A stretch of 6,200 bases of DNA from Candidatus Diapherotrites archaeon CG08_land_8_20_14_0_20_30_16 (GTDB taxonomy: Archaea; Iainarchaeota; Iainarchaeia; Iainarchaeales; 0-14-0-20-30-16). Both the position numbers and the translations under genes were made by a program. The notes under the pieces were generated by a model, which saw nothing but the letters and a program-made list of their open reading frames with translations, searched no databases and had not been told where the DNA came from. The stretch is from assembly GCA_002779075.1 (NCBI GenBank), contig PEXK01000016.1:1-6200 (forward strand), in the 5' to 3' direction. Shown here piece after piece: positions 1-3,449 of this stretch; the first letter of the stretch is position 1, and every line of letters begins with the position of its first letter.

Positions 1-103
1 TGTTCAACTCTCCCGAATACTTGGAGGGATTGATTTTTAGTGCAACGATGCCAAAGGCAAAAAATCAAAGTCGTGAGCCATATTAATTTAAAGAGGACAC
101 TTT

Positions 104-129
104 AGGACGGCGGGACGCAGTCCTTTTTT
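104..129 (+). terminator. GC-containing hairpin followed by a T-run, a possible terminator for an upstream plus-strand gene ending before position 87
   Basis: aggac (104-108) pairs with gtcct (120-124) around an 11-nt loop (ggcgggacgca). A T-run at 124-129 follows directly. The stem is only 5 bp, and archaeal termination mainly needs oligo-T, so this is tentative. Confidence 0.3.
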
Positions 130-179
130 ATAATAGAAATTGTTGTGTATTTTTGTTCTGTGAGTCGCCGCCTTTTTTG

Positions 180-202
180 CTTCTTTTTTTCTAAAAAAGA
201 AG
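180..202. terminator. Perfect 10-bp AT-rich palindromic hairpin about 20 nt downstream of the bPH_2 operon stop; candidate terminator or protein-binding palindrome
   Basis: cttctttttt (180-189) pairs with aaaaaagaag (193-202) around a 3-nt loop. On the minus strand it supplies an oligo-T tract just after the operon stop (222-224). A hairpin of different sequence sits at the homologous position in the right repeat copy (1345-1363). Confidence 0.4.
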
Positions 203-221
203 ATAATATTTTCGGGGGGGA

Positions 222-764
222 TTATAAGCCAGAACCATGAGTTTGTTTAACTCTTTTCATAACGAATTCTCTAATTTTTTCAGCACCATTGATATCTATT
301 GCAGGTAAATGCCCCTCACTTTGATATCTCCTATTGCCTCTTCTTCCAAACCTAAAACCATAATGGCTTCCACCATATCCTGATTGTCCAGCAGTTTCAA
401 TTTCAACAGTAGAAAATCCAAACATTCTCGCGATTATTCCTCTTCTAATATCTACATTTTGAACTCTTTCATAAGGAATAGAAGTATATTTTTTCCAAAT
501 TATACCTCTCTCTACTTTAACTGCATCGTGAGTTATTTCATAAAGATATCTATTATAAGACATACGAGCATAAATCTCGGCTACAATAATTACAAAGAAA
601 ATGTAAAAAATAATGGCGAGAACAAAACCAACTCCTGTTGAACCTCCAGCAATTATTCTCAATAATTGAAAACTCCACATTGTAACAAAAATTCCAAGAA
701 TTATTAGAGGATAGTAAGCCCGAAGTCTGAAAAGCCATCTTGCCCCAGGATGCAACTTATCCAT
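222..764 (-). CDS. YdbS/YdbT-like bacterial-type PH domain (bPH_2, formerly DUF304) membrane protein, paralog 1, 180 aa, with a Gly/Arg-rich loop insertion
   Basis: ORF-track protein. It has two N-terminal hydrophobic helices (YYPLIILGIFVTMWSF and VGFVLAIIFYIFFVIIVAEIY). These are followed by the bPH_2-type core YNRYLYEITHDAVKVERGIIWKKYTSIPYERVQNVDIRRGIIARMFGFSTVEIETAG ... LPAI ... AEKIREFV, which matches the architecture I recall for Bacillus YdbS. The ATG (762-764) lies 3 nt after the TAA stop (768-770) of the upstream paralog. AGGAG (775-779 on the minus strand) is 10 nt upstream of that ATG. Confidence 0.85.
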   Translation of the reverse strand: MDKLHPGARWLFRLRAYYPLIILGIFVTMWSFQLLRIIAGGSTGVGFVLAIIFYIFFVIIVAEIYARMSYNRYLYEITHDAVKVERGIIWKKYTSIPYERVQNVDIRRGIIARMFGFSTVEIETAGQSGYGGSHYGFRFGRRGNRRYQSEGHLPAIDINGAEKIREFVMKRVKQTHGSGL

Positions 765-767
765 TTT

Positions 768-1268
768 TTATTTTCTCCTGCTTGTAATTTTCTTCATTAC
801 AAAATTTCTAATCTCTTCAGCATGTTTCATTTCAATAGCAGGAATATTTCCCTCTGCTCCTGCTGGCCCTGAAAATCCAGCAGTTTGAATCATCACACTT
901 GAAAATCCAAACATTCTCGCGATTATTCCTCTGTGAACATCAACATTTTGTATTCTTTTATAAGGAACATTGCTGTATCTCTTCCAAATTATACCTCTTT
1001 CTAATCTCAAACCCTCATCGGTAAATTCATAAAACCAACGATTATAAGACATTTGGGCATATATCTCGCTGATAATTATAACAAAAAGAAAATAACCAAA
1101 AATAGAAAGTAAAACGATAGGTAAAATTGAACTAGAACCTGCCAAACCTAAAAACAAACCTGCAAGAGGGACGATAATCCACATTCCAAAAAATATTCCT
1201 AAGAACCCAAATAGGAAATATCCTCCAATACGAAATTGCCATTTTGCTCCAGGATGTAATTTGTTCAT
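768..1268 (-). CDS. YdbS/YdbT-like bPH_2 (DUF304) membrane protein, paralog 2, 166 aa
   Basis: Same architecture as 222-764. It has the conserved N-terminus MNKLHPGAKW, two TM helices, and the core YNRWFYEFTDEGLRLERGIIWKRYSNVPYKRIQNVDVHRGIIARMFGFSSVMIQTAG ... IPAI ... AEEIRNFV. A hand alignment of the PH core gives 41 of 62 identical residues with paralog 1. A TATA-like box lies about 27 nt upstream of the ATG. Confidence 0.85.
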   Translation of the reverse strand: MNKLHPGAKWQFRIGGYFLFGFLGIFFGMWIIVPLAGLFLGLAGSSSILPIVLLSIFGYFLFVIIISEIYAQMSYNRWFYEFTDEGLRLERGIIWKRYSNVPYKRIQNVDVHRGIIARMFGFSSVMIQTAGFSGPAGAEGNIPAIEMKHAEEIRNFVMKKITSRRK

Positions 1269-1290
1269 GTTACATAATTAAATAAGAACT

Positions 1291-1300
1291 TATTTAAAAA
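1291..1300 (-). promoter_or_regulatory. TATA-box-like element for the bPH_2 gene pair (leaderless-type spacing)
   Basis: The minus strand reads tttttaaata, centred about 27 nt upstream of the ATG at 1266-1268. That is the usual archaeal TATA-to-TSS distance. No Shine-Dalgarno sequence lies in between. Confidence 0.45.
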
Positions 1301-1316
1301 GCTTTGCAAAATTTTT

Positions 1317-1495
1317 GGGGTGGAGAAAATATTATCAATGAATTTCTTTTGTGAAACAAAAGACTATTTGTGCGAAGCACCAAGGCGGCTCACTTTTTAT
1401 TTACAACAATTTCTACAATTTAGGGGCGGGTGGTCGGGGGTTTTAAAGTGTCCTCTTTACTAACTTTTTACTCTTTATCTTTGGCTCACGATTGA
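1317..1495 (-). repeat. Right copy (inverted) of the modular repeat flanking the bPH_2 gene pair
   Basis: See the block list for 65-220. Read on the minus strand, this copy has the same block order. Its variable segments are C-rich (cccccgaccacccgcccc and ctccacccc), where the left copy read on the plus strand is G-rich. The copy lies between the thioredoxin stop (1519) and the predicted promoter of the bPH_2 pair. Confidence 0.8.
1345..1363. other. 8-bp palindromic hairpin in the right repeat copy, positional counterpart of 180-202
   Basis: tcttttgt (1345-1352) pairs with acaaaaga (1356-1363) around a 3-nt loop. Its arms have the same T-rich/A-rich character as the left-copy hairpin but a different primary sequence. 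This suggests structure is conserved rather than sequence. Confidence 0.4.
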
Positions 1496-1518
1496 GCATA
1501 ACACCTATTTCACGAACT

Positions 1519-3351
1519 TCATTTATATTTCTCAATTAAATCTTTTATTTGTTTCTCTGGGTAAGAGCCAACAAAGAAGTCTTTTGCTATCCCATCTTTA
1601 AAGAAAATTACTGTGGGTATAGACATTACACCAAACTCTTCTGCCAACGCTTCATTTTGCTCAACATCAATTTTCACTAATTTCACTTTATATTCATTGC
1701 ATAGCTTTTCTAATAAAGGACCTAAAACCTTGCAGGGGCCACAATTATGAACAAGAAAATCATTAGCAAAAAAGTTATGGGGTTCTTTTGTAGATATAAT
1801 TTGAACAGATTTTAGATAAATATTTTTAATTTTAGATATTTTATTCCAAAATAACCCACCATTAATATATTCTTTTTTTAGCCAATCTTTATATTTTTCA
1901 TAGTGTTTGAATGTTGTGGGTTTATTATTTCCTTTTATCCAACCAAACACAGTATCATAACTCAAATTTAATTTTTCTGAGATTTTTTTAATTGAATGGT
2001 TTTTAGTATATAATTGCATAGCTTTATTGTGTTTTTTTGTCCAACAGTGTCTTTCATAAATTCTTTTTTTCAAAAATTCCCCTATTTTTATTGCATTTTC
2101 TTGTTTTTGTTTGCAATAGCTATAACCTATTTTATTGCATAAATTAAATCCATTTTCATAATTTGTCGTAAATTGTAAGTGTATTATTTTTGGAGTAATA
2201 CCATCCTTTCTCACATATTTTTCATCTTCACTAAAAATATTTCTTATTTTTATTCCAAAATTTGAAAATAACTTTGATAATTGTTTAGCATATTTCAAAC
2301 CGTTTTTCAAAGATTTGGGATTTTTATGAAATTCAATATCATTTAATAATAGATGGTCACAAGGGCCTTTGTTTTCTTTTCTTTGTTCTAAAAGAATAGT
2401 TGGCTTTGGGCCATCACCCCCAATATATCCAGATAAAAACTCCTTTTGAATGTTTTTAGAAGCTTTCATTAACCAAGACGGTAGGATATAATCTGTATTT
2501 GTTTTATTTCCTATAGGTACTCCTAAAGATTTAAACAAAAGCCATAAAGAAGTAGAGCAACATTTAACCCCATAACAATGTGTTGTAAATTTCCTCCCAA
2601 AGAGATTATTCTCGCTTATTTTTTCTTTTATGTGTGTTTTAAATCCTAAAATATTTAAATCATTTTCTATTTCTTTTGCATCCTGTTTTGTTCCAACAGT
2701 AAACGATATTTCGCGATAATTATTTTTGCCAATATAAAGATTTCCATCACTAAAAAGGCTTCCAATTAATCTAGATAATATTGTAATACATTTATTATTC
2801 GTTTTAAGAGGGAGCAGCCCCTTTTTTTTTAATTCAGTAATATAATCTTTGTGAGTCATTCTTTTTTCCAGAAACTTTAATATTAAGTTTTCATCAACAA
2901 GAGTAGTATCTGAAATATCTTCTTTAAATTTTTCAAAAGAAGGATGTATAGCAACACAATCGTTAACTCTCAAATTTTCTGCGGATTTCCACCCTTTTTT
3001 TGTAAAAAATAAATGATCATTCGTAATTTTAATGTTTCTTCCATTTTCAGTAGTTATAAATTTACAATGCCCTGCTTTTTGAGATTCAAAACTTTTCAAA
3101 ATAGATGTTGTTGTCAATTTGTTTTTATTAAAGCAAAGTACATTAGAGTTTTTCTTTAAGTCTTTGGCTTTTATTATATCTCGGTTGGTTAAAGCAATAT
3201 AAGAATCAGTACTTACGCACCAACTAGCATAAAAATCAACAATTACCAATGCTTTTTTGCTAGGTTCAACTACTTCTTTGTTAATATCAAATGCTTTAGA
3301 CCCTTCCACGAAATCACCAAATTCAAAAATTAGTAAAGAAAGAAAATTCAA
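1519..3351 (-). CDS. trxA: Thioredoxin precursor interrupted by a large intein (610-aa precursor; about 118-aa mature protein from the TTG start, or 104 aa from an internal GTG)
   Basis: N-extein: ...SKKALVIVDFYASW. C-extein: CGPCKVLGPLLEKLCNEYKVKLVKIDVEQNEALAEEFGVMSIPTVIFFKDGIAKDFFVGSYPEKQIKDLIEKYK. Joined, they restore VDFYASWCGPCK plus the cis-Pro motif SIPT and the FFKDG strand of the canonical thioredoxin fold. The ORF-track start at 3349-3351 is TTG, not ATG (checked by hand), so the true start is uncertain. The stop is TGA at 1519-1521. Confidence 0.9.
   Translation of the reverse strand: MNFLSLLIFEFGDFVEGSKAFDINKEVVEPSKKALVIVDFYASWCVSTDSYIALTNRDIIKAKDLKKNSNVLCFNKNKLTTTSILKSFESQKAGHCKFITTENGRNIKITNDHLFFTKKGWKSAENLRVNDCVAIHPSFEKFKEDISDTTLVDENLILKFLEKRMTHKDYITELKKKGLLPLKTNNKCITILSRLIGSLFSDGNLYIGKNNYREISFTVGTKQDAKEIENDLNILGFKTHIKEKISENNLFGRKFTTHCYGVKCCSTSLWLLFKSLGVPIGNKTNTDYILPSWLMKASKNIQKEFLSGYIGGDGPKPTILLEQRKENKGPCDHLLLNDIEFHKNPKSLKNGLKYAKQLSKLFSNFGIKIRNIFSEDEKYVRKDGITPKIIHLQFTTNYENGFNLCNKIGYSYCKQKQENAIKIGEFLKKRIYERHCWTKKHNKAMQLYTKNHSIKKISEKLNLSYDTVFGWIKGNNKPTTFKHYEKYKDWLKKEYINGGLFWNKISKIKNIYLKSVQIISTKEPHNFFANDFLVHNCGPCKVLGPLLEKLCNEYKVKLVKIDVEQNEALAEEFGVMSIPTVIFFKDGIAKDFFVGSYPEKQIKDLIEKYK
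1744..3219 (-). mobile_element. Class-1 intein (492 aa, precursor residues 45-536) with an embedded LAGLIDADG homing endonuclease, inserted in the thioredoxin WC|GPC active site
   Basis: The intein starts with Cys1 (tgc, 3217-3219) in a block-A-like CVSTDSYIALTN. Block B is GRNIKITNDHLFF (TxxH). The C-terminal blocks are KEPHNFFANDFLVHN, ending in His-Asn (aat, 1744-1746). It is followed by the +1 Cys (tgt, 1741-1743), which is the first Cys of CGPC. Codon positions were verified by hand on the reverse complement. Confidence 0.88.
2092..2799 (-). other. LAGLIDADG homing endonuclease domain of the thioredoxin intein (boundaries approximate)
   Basis: There are two LAGLIDADG-type motifs with conserved acidic residues. 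LSRLIGSLFSDGNL is at aa 192-205 (nt 2737-2778). EFLSGYIGGDG is at aa 304-314 (nt 2410-2442). The spacing of about 110 aa is typical of a pseudo-dimeric single-chain enzyme. Confidence 0.8.
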
Positions 3352-3421
3352 AACATATATAAAGATAGTTTATACAATAGTAGAATAAACCCATATTTAA
3401 GAGGTTCATCTAATGTTAACC

Positions 3422-3429
3422 TTATATAT
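3422..3429 (+). promoter_or_regulatory. TATA-box-like element for mcm (leaderless-type spacing)
   Basis: ttatatat is centred about 25 nt upstream of ATG 3450. It lies in the 98-nt divergent intergenic region shared with the thioredoxin gene. Confidence 0.45.
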
Positions 3430-3449
3430 TTTTCTGTAAATATATAGGT

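Larger units (their letters stand above)
65..220 (+). repeat. Left copy of a modular inverted repeat flanking the bPH_2 gene pair
   Basis: These blocks are collinear exact matches to the reverse complement of 1317-1495. 71-80 (tcgtgagcca) matches 1482-1491. 89-104 (taaagaggacacttta) matches 1444-1459. 134-146 (tagaaattgttgt) matches 1403-1415. 160-164 plus 168-174 (gtgag[tcg]ccgcctt) matches 1382-1393. 178-183 (tgcttc) matches 1374-1379. 202-213 (gataatattttc) matches 1325-1336. The exact blocks are separated by non-matching G-rich segments (105-123 and 214-220). Confidence 0.8.

Noticed and set aside
48-86. Mini-ORFs overlap the outer ends of the two repeat copies. On the left, MPKAKNQSREPY is at 48-86 (+). 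On the right, MLNREPKIKSKKLVKRTL is at 1443-1499 (-). They share the residues REP.
   Set aside because: The shared residues come only from the 10-nt identical block. The spacer to the next conserved block differs by 14 nt (not a multiple of 3). Conservation is therefore at the nucleotide level, not the peptide level.
1-86. Possible 3' end of an upstream plus-strand gene. Stops occur at 31-33, 38-40 or 84-86 depending on the frame.
   Set aside because: At most 28 codons are visible in any frame, with no recognisable motif. I cannot choose a frame or a product, so I left it unannotated.
160-183. Possible bulge-helix-bulge splicing-endonuclease motif formed when the two repeat copies pair, with a 3-nt tcg bulge at 165-167.
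   Set aside because: The second irregularity is a 3x2 internal loop located 7 bp away. A canonical motif needs a 3-nt bulge on the opposite strand 4 bp away, so this geometry does not fit.
384-738. ORF-track entries 384-641 (+, 85 aa) and 553-738 (-, 61 aa) lie inside the first bPH_2 gene.
   Set aside because: They are fully embedded in, or antisense to, a well-supported CDS. Their low-complexity, Asn/Ser/Ile/Cys-rich translations are typical of alternate frames in AT-rich DNA. I recognised no motifs.
105-1440. The GC-rich cores of the two repeat copies might act as complementary joining sequences, as in split tRNA halves or trans-splicing.
   Set aside because: The best complementarity I could find between the left core and the right core, in the homologous transcript orientation, is a single 6-bp GGCGGG/CCCGCC match. 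No tRNA-like arms, such as a T-loop GTTCGAATC-type sequence, are present nearby.
1423-1440. G-quadruplex candidate ggggcgggtggtcggggg on the plus strand, together with the G7 run at 214-220.
   Set aside because: Only three tracts have three or more G; the fourth has two. It is therefore not a canonical G4 motif. It is noted as part of the repeat finding rather than called as a feature.
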